Shown: positions 11,592-23,730 of the stretch, piece by piece
Position numbering within the stretch: position 1 is the first letter of the stretch
Layout of the letters: each line of letters begins with the position of its first letter
From: Octopus sinensis
Taxonomy: Eukaryota
NCBI RefSeq assembly: GCF_006345805.1
Contig: NW_021834854.1
Span: 1 to 45,254, forward strand
Direction: 5' to 3'
Length of the DNA stretch: 45,254 nucleotides
Translations under genes and position numbers: made by a program
The notes under the pieces: model-generated
What the model was told of the DNA's origin: nothing
Seen by the model: the letters and a program-made list of their open reading frames with translations, nothing else
The model's database searches: none

Positions 11592-12097
11592 GGCTATGAA
11601 TATCATCCTGAACCATGGGATTTTCCGGGGAAGACTGATAGAACGATACAGGATAATCGACCAGACATAGTTATTAAAGACGGGGCAGTTGTAGACTAAT
11701 AAATGTGTTCCCGTTGATAAAAATATATGTATAAAGGAATTTGACAAATTAACTAAATATAAAGACCTGGAAATTGAAATACAAAAGTTATAGAATTCCT
11801 GATATTGTAGGTTCCCTAAGTATGATAAAAAATGGATGTCAAAAACATCTAGATAAGATACCAGGAAAACATATCTTAGAGAAATAAAAAAAAAAAGATT
11901 GTGCTGACAACACTGTCCGCATACTTAGAATATCACTATGCGTTTAAATTAGTGTGTTGTATTAAATGAAGATGTTTCGTTACTGCCCCTGACACTTGTC
12001 CTCCCCAAGCTTTCAGCCATACTGTAACATCACGTATCTTTCACTCACCCCAGGATGCTGGGTGTGACTCGGAAAGTGATTGTAAGAAACATGGAGA

Positions 12098-12098
<1 letters not shown>
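11592..12098 (+). mobile_element. Degenerate 3' fragment of an R4/Dong-like non-LTR retrotransposon
   Basis: Translates to GYEYHPEPWDFPGKTDRTIQDNRPDIVIKD and then, with frameshifts, VPVDKNICIKEFDKLTKYKDLEIEIQKL, i.e. the PD-(D/E)xK restriction-like endonuclease. A putative 3' UTR runs straight into (TAA)n at 12099-12169. Confidence 0.75.
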
Positions 12099-12162
<64 letters not shown>

Positions 12163-12169
12163 TAATAAT

Positions 12170-12724
12170 GAAAGCCCTAATGCAGTACCAGGCAGTAGCT
12201 CACATGGAGTCTGATCTTAACTGATGGGAAGTGTTATCATGTAGATGTTTTTTCTAGGTGTACAAGATCGGATACAGCGAATATTCTACTCAGTATGACA
12301 TATTTTCTTGCAAGCTGCTTGACCGTAACCAGTTGAGCTTGTCACTTACTGGCTGACGATATGCGCATCTCTGATCCCGAGCATAAGTAGTGGGGGCGCA
12401 TCATAGCCATGTGTTAAGAGGATACCTTTGGGGTTTGAATAATTCACAGTTGGCAACATGCGAGTTTCGTTCAACATCCTTAAACAACCCATATTCAGGG
12501 ACCTTTTGAGGGGATGGGCTACTAGGCCTGAAGAACATTCTAGCTGGTCCCCAACTTCACGGTCATGCAGTGTCTATCTCGATCACCATGTCGTGCACAT
12601 ATGTTTGTGATGCATGTGCCTATTGTACCCTTATCAGACGTGTAGTCGTGATGTTAATACTGGGCTTCATATACTTGTACCCCATTGTCACTTTGATAGC
12701 ATACACTGCTCTCTCTCTCACTCA
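12170..12724 (+). mobile_element. Non-coding (TAA)n-embedded element X
   Basis: Matches the reverse complement of 35271-35745 throughout. It ends CTCTCTCACTCA followed by TAA-type repeats, and TAA tracts lie on both sides. Confidence 0.8.
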
Positions 12725-12750
12725 AGAATGATAACAATGATAATAATACA

Positions 12751-12920
12751 TTCAACTAAGAGCACAAGGCCTGAAATTTTTATTGTTATTTAATTTATCG
12801 ACCCCGAAAAATGCAAGTCAAAGTTGTCATCTGCGGAATTTGAACGCAGAACGTAAAAAGCTAGAGGAATTGCAAATATTTTGACTGGCGTACTAACGAT
12901 TCAGACAGTTCGATGCCTTA
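12751..12920 (-). mobile_element. SINE family 3 copy
   Basis: Minus strand GTTCTGCGTTCAAATTCCGC..TTCGGGGTCGATAAATTAA..TTTCAGGCCTTGTGC, flanked by TAA-like tracts. Confidence 0.7.
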
Positions 12921-14722
12921 ACAACAGCAACAGTGATAATAATACAAAGGCTTCCAATGCGGGATATTTTCTGAAAAATACGAAATAAATAATTGTTTGA
13001 ATGTTCAATAACTTTTCTTGAAGTATGTCTTTGGTATTTGGTTGTTCAAATTTTTTTCGCGGATAATCTGGCAAAAATTAGTTTTATCATCCGAGTTCAA
13101 AATACTGGAAAGACACATTGAAATGGAAGTGTGCAAAGAAAAAAAAGAATGGAAATGAAAACTTTTAAGAAGTCAACGACAAATGTTCCATGAAAAGCTG
13201 TTGAATCGGGTCCCACTTAATAGAAAAGTGCTTCTTAGTGTAAGTGAATATGACAGGTATAGTTATATAGTTTCTAAGGCATCATCAATAACAACAAAAT
13301 AGATGGAGAGATAAGAAATAAAGTTTAAAAAATACGCTGGTTTTCAGTTTTCTATTTTCGATTGAAAGTGACTCCTTGGAGAAGTAAAATGAAATGATGT
13401 AGAGGAAAAAAAAGACATAAGAAATCTTAAAGATGAAATAGAATGAATAACGAAACTGAATAAGTGTAAAAAGATATTGAGAACATATTGTAAAAAATAT
13501 AGTGGTAAAAAATTCATACGTTTTGCTACATTTTGTGAGATAATTGTAGTCTCTTTTACCGGACCGTCTTCCTCTTTTAGTGACCTCTGTTCAACTGTAA
13601 GAATAATATTTCTGGGTAGAGAGAAGTTTGAATATGACACCGTGACTCTTTTTTTAAATTTTTTGCGACACCGCTTTAAAAAGCATTTAGCATTTCTTTA
13701 TTATGTGATGTTATGAGTGTCTGTGTGAATACATTACATACACACATACATACATGCATGCATACATATATATTCATATGTGTGTGTGTGTGTCTATATG
13801 CATATATATCCATGTGTAAACAAATATATTTGTAATATATGTATATATGTGTATATTAACATATATATATATATATATGTACAAATGTATAAATGTATAC
13901 ATATGCATATACATACATGCATGCACACATATATATGCATATATATATATTTAAAATTTTACCATATATCAAAATTTCGTGTGTATATATATGTATATAA
14001 ATATATACGTATAATTATATATATATACATACATATACATAAACATACACACATCTATTCATAATATGTATATTTATCTTTCTATCTATTTTCTTATATA
14101 TATACAAACATACATACATATATAAATACATACAGGCATACATATATATTGGACAACCATTACAATTAAATGCTGATTACAATTAGGAAAAATGCTGAGC
14201 ATCTGCTACTTACGAAACAACTGTATACAAATGCATACAAATTTGTTAAAACCTAAAGAACATTAGGTTTAGCCAATATCTTGAAACTATGCCATGATTG
14301 TAATATTAAATGGAATTCAGTCCCAGCATCTGTATACACATAAATGTATGACTTGGGAATGGAATATTTCCCTGTCATAGAGTATCATCAGAAGTACATT
14401 TTGTGTATGAAGCCTATGAACACGTATCTTATCGTACAACATTTTTTCTAATATTTGAAACGTAAACTCTTATCTATTAGCTATTCTTTAGGGAACAGCA
14501 GATGTCTACAAAGAGTGATGGTAAAGATCAGAGGCATAAAGCGACGTCATATTCAAATGGCGTTGTTGCTGTTCCTAAATGTCATAGGCATTGAATGTTT
14601 TACTTATATACATTAGATGCTGCAAAGGTGCTTCTGAGAAATACAATGCAGCTATTTGAAGGAATTGCATACGCATGCATTCACAAATACTTACGTAGCT
14701 ACATGCACACACGTACATGGCT

Positions 14723-14726
14723 ATCA

Positions 14727-14789
<63 letters not shown>

Positions 14790-14842
14790 ATCTATCTATC
14801 TATCTATCTATCTATATCTGTATAAATATGTGTATGTATGTA

Positions 14843-14917
<75 letters not shown>

Positions 14918-15067
14918 ATACATGTGTATACATATACACATACATATATATTTATTCATAAGTATATATGTATGTATATATATGGATATGTCTATATGTA
15001 TGTATTTATGTATATGTGTACGTATGTATGTATGTATCTATCTATCTATCCCTCTATCTATCTATCA

Positions 15068-15140
<73 letters not shown>

Positions 15141-15171
15141 ATCTGTATAAATATGTGTATGTATGTATATA

Positions 15172-15240
<69 letters not shown>

Positions 15241-15384
15241 GTGTATACATATACATATACGTATATATTTATTCATAAGTATATATGTATGTATATATAT
15301 GTATATGTCTATATGTATGTATTTATGTATATGTGTACGTATGTATGTATGTATCTATCTATCTATCCCTCTATCTATCTATCA

Positions 15385-15461
<77 letters not shown>
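14723..15461. repeat. Higher-order tandem duplication of a compound microsatellite (~325-bp period)
   Basis: Unique anchors ATCTGTATAAATATG recur at 14816 and 15141; TTTATTCATAAGTATATATG and ATCCCTCTATC each occur twice. Confidence 0.85.
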
Positions 15462-15462
<1 letters not shown>

Positions 15463-15588
15463 GACCTGAAGGCAAGGATTATGGGAGCATCCACCAACTT
15501 AAACAAAGAGACCATTCGGAAGAGTTGCAGGACATTCCGAAGTTGTCTGGAGGCCGTGGTTGAAGCAAATGGCGATTTTATTAATTAA
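15463..15588 (+). pseudogene. C-terminal fragment of a Tc1/mariner-superfamily transposase
   Basis: DLKARIMGASTNLNKETIRKSCRTFRSCLEAVVEANGDFIN* matches the typical LKA.I..AW..L..E.IRKAC..F..RLEAVVEA.G..IE terminus. Confidence 0.7.
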
Positions 15589-15774
15589 ATTTACTCTTTA
15601 GTATGTCAAGGTATTTCTATCTAATTTTGGTCAATATATCTGTTTAATTTAAACATATATATATATATACATATATTGATAAGAAAGGTAAGACAACAAA
15701 ACAATGAAAGAGACCTCGATATTATGTAAATAGAGGAATTTATCTGTAAATATAATATGTGACAATTATTCGGT

Positions 15775-15846
15775 AGCCATGATAAATCTCCGAGTTTCGG
15801 ATGCCGAGGTGGAAATCCACGCCGCCATGTCTTCAGTTATCCGGCC
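15775..15846 (-). ncRNA. Hammerhead-like motif, probably inactivated
   Basis: Minus strand GATAA-CTGAAGA-CATG..GTGGA/TCCAC..CATC-C-GAAA-CTCGGAG-A-T-TTATC. Stem I GATAA/TTATC and stem III CTC/GAG are present, but position 16.1 is A rather than U. Confidence 0.5.
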
Positions 15847-16334
15847 ATCAGAAAAATACTATGAAAAATGACCGTTAAACAAGAGGAAATTATTGTATGA
15901 TTGACCGTTATTAAGACAAACGAGCTATTTGAATGACTGCTAAGTGAGGGGAGGGAGTAAAAGTAAGGGGGTTAAAAAGTTCATAGTATTCGCGTAAGCG
16001 CGCATGTTCATACCTACACATGCGCGCCCGCACACCCATGTGCATGCGCCTAAAAGTATACACTCATCCACCCACACTTGAAACGTACACATCCTCACTT
16101 GCACCATTCGCCAAATATATATATATATACATACAACCCCCCCCCACACACACGCGCGCCATAAAGGTTCATACGCACGTCTATATACGCACAAGAACAA
16201 GAAGGAACAGAGCTAAGGGTAACAATACAGAAAAAAAGGTGTAAGGGAGTATACAAAGAGTAAACCACGTCTATATACGCACATATCCGTGTGCACGCGC
16301 ACACACCCGCCTATATACGCTCATATCCGCACAG

Positions 16335-16373
<39 letters not shown>

Positions 16374-16740
16374 ACAAAAAAGTTCATATGCACCCACACA
16401 TGCACGCATCTATATACGCATATACCCGCACACACGCACCCATCCACACGTACGCACAAAGTATTCTATATACACTTCTATATACGCACAGGCAAAATGC
16501 AGGGTGGAAGGTAGAATACAGAAAAATTTTGATATTGGTTTATAGGTTTATTGCTTATATATTTTTTACACATACTTTTTTTGTATTCTACTTTCTACCC
16601 TGCATGTCATAATTTTCTATAGCGTTTTTGCCACAAGACAACATTGCATGGTGAGCGTTGACATTGTCTTCCTTCCCGACTTTATTCTGCGAACTGATCC
16701 GCTCTGACAAACAGTGCTCTGTAGGGTGTGTTTAAATTAC

Positions 16741-16776
<36 letters not shown>

Positions 16777-17048
16777 CGATGGCGATTAAGTTTTTTCTTA
16801 TTGGTTTTTCATATAAGAGCTATGACTAATAGCATGTAAATATTGGGGAGGAAAGCCATATTAGGTAGAAAAAGTTGAAGGCTGACCGAGGAGGTCGAAC
16901 ACATTTCTTGTATCCATGACAGCCGTTCTACCAAAAACGAATTAGTTCATGCTCCCTTCAAAGCTTCTAAAATTGTTATGACGAAAACAATAAACACGTC
17001 CTGCTGGTAAGAATATACTTACTTCATTGGATAAAGAAATTCGAAGGA

Positions 17049-17340
17049 CTTCTTTATAACAGTGGTAGAACGCCTGCCACATCTACAGGTGACGCATTGT
17101 GTTCTTGAGCAAGACACTTTATTTCACGCTGCTCCAGTCCACCCAGCTGGCAAAAGTGAGTAGTAGTTGTATATCAAATGGCCAGCTTTGTCTCACTCTG
17201 TGTCACGGTAAATGTCCGGGAGAACTACGTTAAGAGTACGAGTGTCTACGGTGACCTCAGCCACTTGCACGTTAATTTCCCGAGCAGGTTTTCCGTTGAT
17301 CGGATCAACTGGAATCCTCGTCGTAACAGACGGAGTGTCA
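17049..17340 (+). mobile_element. tRNA-derived SINE, family 4 (partial head)
   Basis: GCATTGTGTTCTTGAGCAAGACACTTTATTTCACG..CAGTCCAC..CTGGCAAAAGTGAG..CGTCGTAACAGACGGAG is homologous to 40719-41001. Confidence 0.65.
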
Positions 17341-17348
17341 GTAATATC

Positions 17349-17392
<44 letters not shown>

Positions 17393-17718
17393 TTTTTTCT
17401 ATTGCGGCGCCGTGATTTACAATCCTGTAAATAACGATAATAATGGTACTTTTATGTAACCTTAAAACTTATGGCGATCATCGTCCAATAACTAAGGGAA
17501 ATACGTAGCCTTCTTCTTTCTGTCGAGGGCTTATATGCCCCATATATCTATCTATCTATCATTCTATCTAAGGTGTGAGTTAATGCTGACTAAGTGCTAT
17601 GGCTAGACTATAGTTAAGCTCAAGGTTCTATAGTAATACGAATGAGGAGTCCAATTAATTAACAGAATGAGATAAAAAATCCAAGGCTGTGAAAGATTTC
17701 TGAAAATTTATAAAGAGG

Positions 17719-17764
17719 TCTTACAGCTGTTTCCGGGATAGCTTATATATCCCTTCATCAGAGA
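17719..17764 (-). ncRNA. Minimal type I hammerhead-like motif within a 19-bp perfect inverted repeat
   Basis: Minus strand TCT-CTGATGA-A-GGGATA/TATCCC-G-GAAA-CAGCTG-T-A-AGA, with an A.G mismatch at the base of stem II. It is enclosed by AATTAACAGAATGAGATAA (17657-17675) and its reverse complement (17793-17811). Confidence 0.6.
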
Positions 17765-17818
17765 TGGTGCGAAAATGGTTTAGAAATAGTTATTATCTCA
17801 TTCTGTTAATTCTCTCTC

Positions 17819-17861
<43 letters not shown>

Positions 17862-18859
17862 CTTGTAGGTACTTATATGTATGTATGTATGTATGAATGC
17901 ATGTATGTATGGATAAATGTGCGTGCTAACATGTGAATATTTGTCTTCTGCTGTAGTTTAGTGCCAACTAATAAGTACGCTGTATGTGAACTTAAGAACA
18001 GGAGAAATATCCGGAAACATCTGCAGCTGACTTTGTTTTTACTATGAAACATACAGCATGATATAGCATTACACCTATTGACATTTAGAGAATACGAAAC
18101 ACATCGATGATTTTTCACACTCGAGGACATCAGTAAATGAAAAAAGACAAAACTCAGGAATATTATCGAATATTGCTTAGTTTTTCCCTTTAATTAAACA
18201 GAAATATATATCTTTCCATTATCCTCCATTACGGTATTTCAGTTCATAAATTGACTGTGCAAAAATCCAACCTGGCACTACACAGCCATCGTTGATTTTA
18301 TTTTGTTTTGCTTTGTTTTCCAGCCGCCATTGTTATTGATTTTGTTGCTTCTGTGTTCTTTTTCATTTTTCACACGTAATTATGTCTTGCATAAAAAGCT
18401 TTCATTTTGTGAGAAGGAAATGAGGAGTAGATAAGCGTAGCTGCAGAAAGAATCCAATCAATGATTCGTGTTAATAAATGAAAGGAAAACATGAAATGGT
18501 CAAACAAAATGGTCGACTTTTATGATCAACGTAAATCTTCAATTGGAGAAGTTAGGGTGGTTAGACATCGGCTAATTATCGTACTATAGACTTCTCTTAT
18601 TTACACAGTTGTTCAATAGATTTTTATTTCATCGGCTCCGGAAGCTAACGTTTAGAATTGGATGCAACGTTTTTATGATCTTACAGAATAGAAATATCAC
18701 TGTGCGTGTGTGCGCTTGTGTTAATGTCTATTTGCCTGTATGTATTGCAATCGAGAAACAAAAATACCTGAAGAAAGAAATAGGTGTGGTTGTCAATACA
18801 ATCGGAAAAGATAATTGTTTCACCAAAGTAAAATGTGACAGTTTCCTGTAATATTTTCT

Positions 18860-18937
18860 GTTGTTATTATTATTGTTGTTGCTGTTACTATTAATTATTA
18901 TTATTATTATTATTATATTATTATATTTTATTATTAA

Positions 18938-18969
<32 letters not shown>

Positions 18970-19034
18970 AACAACAACAACTACTACTACTACTTCTTCC
19001 TACTACTACTACTACTACTTACTACTACTCTTAC

Positions 19035-19065
<31 letters not shown>

Positions 19066-19189
19066 GTTAATAGTATTATTGTTATTACTACTGCTGCTAC
19101 TACTACCACTACTACTACTATTATTATTGCTAATATTATTATTATTGTTAATATTATTATTATTATTACAACTGCTGCTGCTGCTGCAG

Positions 19190-19259
<70 letters not shown>

Positions 19260-19335
19260 CACTACTACTACTACTACTATTATTATTATTGTTATTATTA
19301 TTAACATCATGATCTTGATCATCGTCAGCAACATC
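18860..19335. repeat. Compound trinucleotide microsatellite (TTA/CTA/CAA/CTG)n
   Basis: Directly visible; it explains the poly-L/I/S/N ORFs. Confidence 0.95.
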
Positions 19336-19355
19336 ATAATTATTGTTGTCTTTCA

Positions 19356-19529
19356 GACGGCCAGCTCGCAGAGTCGTTAGCATGCTGGACGAAATGCTTA
19401 GCAGTATTTCGGTCGTCCTTACGTTTTGAGTTCAAATTCCACCGAGGTTGACTTTGCCTTTCATCCTATCGGGTTCGATAAATTAAGTGCCAGTTGAATA
19501 CTGAGATCAATGTAACCGACACTTGAGAC

Positions 19530-19530
<1 letters not shown>
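19356..19530 (+). mobile_element. SINE family 3 copy with (ATT)n tail
   Basis: GAGTTCAAATTCCACCGAGGTTGACTTTGCCTTTCATCCTATCGGGTTCGATAAATTAAG; the tail runs into (TTA)n at 19531-19602. Confidence 0.8.
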
Positions 19531-19602
<72 letters not shown>

Positions 19603-19605
<3 letters not shown>

Positions 19606-22600
19606 TAGTTTTATTTTTATAGCGTGCTTTCACTTCACTACCGAGCGCAGCTCTGTGTGCCTTGGGTATGTGCTGTGATTTTTTGTGATGCTCTGATGGT
19701 TATTGTATGGAAAGTGTTCTGCGTAGGATGTGTGCAGTGCCTAGTAGTGCAATTTTCTGTATGTTATATGTGTTTGTAAGTCCTGGTGTTTTTTGTTATG
19801 TATTTGTCTGAATATATTTTATCATGCCTAATGCACCTACTATGATAGGAATTGTTTCTGTTTTCAGTTTCACACATCTAGTTACCTCTATTTTCAGGTC
19901 TTTGTATTTGAGAGTTTCTCCATTTCTTTTAGAGACACGTTGTCATCTGCCGGTATTGATACATCAATTAGAAAGCATTTTTTTCTTCATGATCTCTGAC
20001 AACTATATCTGGTCTGTTGGCCTTAATTTCTCTATCTGTGTGTATCGGCATATCTCAGAGTATGGTTGCTTTCTCGTTTTCTGTGACCTTTTCTGGTGTG
20101 TGCCTATACCATCTTTTCGTGTTGTTATTCCATAATGTTGGCATAGCTTCCAATGTATGTAGGTTCCAACTCTGTCATGTCTGTGAATATATTCCTTCTT
20201 AGCCAGGACTGGGCAGCTAGAGATAATATGATTTATTGTTTCTTGTCCATCTCCACATATTCTGCAGTTACTTGTAATATTTCTTTTCATTACATGTTTT
20301 TGGTAATTTCTGGTGGGGAGGCTTTGGTCTTGTGCTGCAATTAAAAATCCCTCTGTTTCTGCTTTGAGTCCTGAGCTTCTCAACCATTGCTGAATTTTTC
20401 TTTGTCTATTTCTTTTGCGTTTAGTTTAGTGCAGTATTTACCATGAAGGGCTTTTCTTGCCATCGTTTTATCATGGCTCGTTGCTGTTCTATTTTTAGTT
20501 TGGATTTCATTTGTTTTTATAGCTTTTGTTGTTTCTTCATCATCTTCTTCTTCTTCTTTGTGTTTATTAGGTGGTATGATTTCTTGTTTGTATTTGTCAG
20601 CTTCCTTAATACTGAGAACAGTTTTTTTTTTTTTTGCTGCTATCTGGATCAGTTTTCCTTCCTTCTGAAGTAGGTATTTTTGCAGTCCTATGGTGGTTAT
20701 TTTATAGTAGTTTTCCAGCTGTATAAGGCCTCTACCACCTTCTATACGTTGTATATATAGTCTTTCTATGTCAGATTTTGGGTGATGCATCCTAGATCCT
20801 GTCAGTATTTTTCTTGTTTTCCTATCTATTTTGGACAGTTCATTTCGTGTCCAGTTAAGGATATTGTAGCTGTAACTTATAACTGGGACAGCTAAAGTGT
20901 TGATACCTATTATCTTGTTTTTAGCATTGAGCTCTGTTTTTTTGTATTGATCTAACTCGTCTATAATATTCTTTTTTTATTTTCTCTTTCATTTGTGTGT
21001 GTGTGTCTTATCTAGTTCATGGATTCCTAAGTATTTGTAAGTTTGGCTTTGGTCTAATTCTTTTATTTCATTGGTTTTATCTAGTGTGATGTTGTTACTC
21101 TTAACTAGTTTTCCTCTTTTCATGGTTACTTTGGCGCATTTTTCTAATCCAAATTTCATATCTATTTCTTTGGTAAATCCATGAACTGTCTTTAATAGTG
21201 TTTTTCAGCTGTTTGTCATTTGCAGCGTATAGTTTTAGGTCATCCATATATAAAAGGTGGCTGATCGTTTTGCCGTAACATTTATATCCGCATCCATTCT
21301 ATTTAGCATATCAGATAGAGGTGACAGTGCCAAGCAGAAAAGGAGTGGAGAGAGCGTGTCTCCCTGGAATATTCCTCTTCTAATGGGGATGTCTTTGGTT
21401 TTCATGAGTCCCTCTTTTGTTGGAGGTGTAGGACTGTTTGCCATTTATTCATAGAGTGCTCTATGAATTTTATGATTGTTGGTGCTACTTTGTTAATGGC
21501 TAGTGTTTCGAGGATCCATGTGTGGGGGATGCTATCAAACGCCTTTTTGTAGTCAATCCAGGCCATACTGAGGCCTTTCTTCTTTCTGTGGCTGTCTTCA
21601 GTTACGGCTTTATTAATCATTAGTTGATCTTTACAGCCATATGAGCCTTTGCGGCATCCTTTCTGCTCTGGGAACAGTTTGTTTTCGTCCAGGTGCTTGT
21701 TCAGCCTTTGCGATATCACTGCAGTAAATGCCTTGAACATAGTAGGAGGCAGGTTATTGGTCTGTAGTTTTCTGGTTTTGTTGTTTCATTTGATTTGGGA
21801 ATTACGATGGTTTTTCCCCTTCGTGAGCCATTCAGGCATTGTCTCTGGCTCTGCTAGTATGCTGTTAAAGTTTTCAGCCAGCTTTTTGTGCATTCCTGTT
21901 AGATATTTCAACCAGAAGTTGGGGATCTTGTCATGCCCAGGTGCCTTCCAGTTGCTTAGTTTTTGCAGTGCCTGGGTGACCTCTTCAGTTGTTATGGGCG
22001 TCCAAAGTTGTTCAGATGCCGAGTTTGTTATTTTCATACTCCTTTTTTTTGGCTGTTTGTTCGTCGACCATATTTCTCTCCAGAATTCTTCCAATTCTTC
22101 TGCCGTTGGTGCTGCAGTGACTTCTATTTTATTTTTTCCCAGTTCTTGGTAGAACTTTTTGGGGTTGGAGTTGAACTTTTTGTTCTGTTCAAAGAAGCGT
22201 TGGCGTTTCTCGTACCGGCGGATCCTTTGAGCTTTGGCAAGGATATCTTGCTTCAGCTTTTCTTTTATCTCCGGCAAATCTTTTTCTGTGATGTTATATT
22301 TGCGGAGCATTTTTGTTCTCTTTTTGTTGCTCAGTAGCGTTGCTTGTTTGCTGATTTCATTAAGAATCGACAGGTCTTTTCTAATTTTTAAAATTTTGTT
22401 TTTGTATGTTATTTATCCACAGGTTTGTTTGGGTGGTGGTACTCCTGTTTGGGCGGGTTTGGGTGAGTATCCAGCTTCTTTTGTGGCTGCAGTGGCTGCT
22501 GCGTATATCAAGTCATTTAGTTCAGTGATATCACTTTTTTTTGTTTCAGTGGCTAGTTCAGTGACGGCTAGGTTTATGTTGTTTATAATTGGTGTTGTTA

Positions 22601-23575
22601 TTGCGTTTATATTTTATTCTTGGGAGGTATGGTCGGTGGTCCATTTTGGGCTCTGTGGTTTTCAGTTCTTTGATTATTTTATTTTTTATATTATCATAAT
22701 CATTAGGCTCCCCTTCGTTGTTTACATCGTGTTTGTTGGGAATGTTGCGTTTTGTCTTCGTGTTTTATAGTTTCAGTGTTTATATTATTGGGCATTGTTG
22801 TGTGGCTTCTATCTACATTTTCCTGGTGTATTTTTTCTTTAAATGTTCTATTTCTATTTCTGATATTTTTTGGCTTTGAGAATGTATCTTCGTACGTTAG
22901 CTAATTTATTAGGGTTCATTGCTGTATCCAAGTCTATATCTCTATTATTTTCCTTCCATACTTATATGTATGTGTTTTGTTGTATTTTCATTTTTTGGGT
23001 AGATCATTGCTGTGAAGTATGCGTGTAAGATAGAAATGTATTCCTCTCACGTGTCCATTTACGTCTTTTGGGTTTTATTTGCGGGACATGAGTACAACGT
23101 CCGGCCCATTATTTTGACGGTCGTCATTTTCGTAGGGTACCGGTCCGTTTATTTCTGTTGTCACATTATTTCGCACGTGTAGTTTGTCGTACATTTTTTT
23201 TGTAAGTTTAATGTACCACCGCTCGATTGTTATTCTTGGGTTGAATAGTATCGGTGGCATTTAATTTCTTCGTAGTTCCTTTGTACATGGTGTTTGAGGT
23301 CGGGGATGATCGTGTTGTTCCACGCATGTTTACATGTGTTGTGTTAGAGGTGGCGATAATATCGAGTCAAAATACATCATTTCGTTTCGGAAAATAGTAA
23401 TAAATTTCAATTAGTATTACTTACTCGGATATAGTCCAATTCTTTGGTTAGTAAATCTTTGGCTCCATAGGGTGTCCTTGTTTTCATGTTTGTGGATAGA
23501 TTTCGGAGCTCTGTATTTTCCTTCTTACATCTTAAACGTCCCCGGTGTTCTCTCCTCTTACACGTCCCCGGTGTT
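19603..23575 (-). mobile_element. Near full-length R4/Dong-clade non-LTR retrotransposon inserted in (TAA)n
   Basis: Single-ORF architecture of Myb-like N-terminus, RT, CCHC knuckle and restriction-like endonuclease. A ~97-nt 3' UTR ends ACTACTG|AATAAT. (TAA)n flanks both ends, matching the known Dong target. Length ~4 kb. Confidence 0.92.
19700..23260 (-). pseudogene. Frameshifted RT/RLE polyprotein of the R4/Dong element
   Basis: Motifs in order: KPKRRKWTRE(E)YISILHAYF (~23075), NWKAPGHDKIPNFWLK, EQKGCRKGSYGCKDQL, WIDYKKAFDSIPH, GIFQGDTLSPLLF, ISHLLYMDDLK (~21250), CRICGDGQETINHIISSC, RHD, NRPDIVVRD..LIDVSIP..EKLSKYKDL. Stop at 19700-19702. Split over several frames. Confidence 0.9.
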
Positions 23576-23729
<154 letters not shown>

Positions 23730-23730
23730 A

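Noticed and set aside
13344-13716. Overlapping 98-aa and 79-aa ORFs in unique sequence
   Set aside because: Low-complexity F/S/I-rich composition typical of AT-rich non-coding DNA; no motif.
16872-16935. tRNA-like sequence on the minus strand (TGGTAGAAC...GTGTTCGACC)
   Set aside because: No cloverleaf or acceptor stem; it is at best a decayed SINE head, not a tRNA gene.
21649-22770. Plus-strand ORFs of 167, 124 and 178 aa
   Set aside because: They are antisense shadows of the R4/Dong ORF on the minus strand.
23400-23575. HDV-like ribozyme at the Dong 5' end, as known for R2 and some related elements
   Set aside because: I could not find a P1 partner for the GGGGACG start or the nested pseudoknot by eye. 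A descriptor search would be needed.
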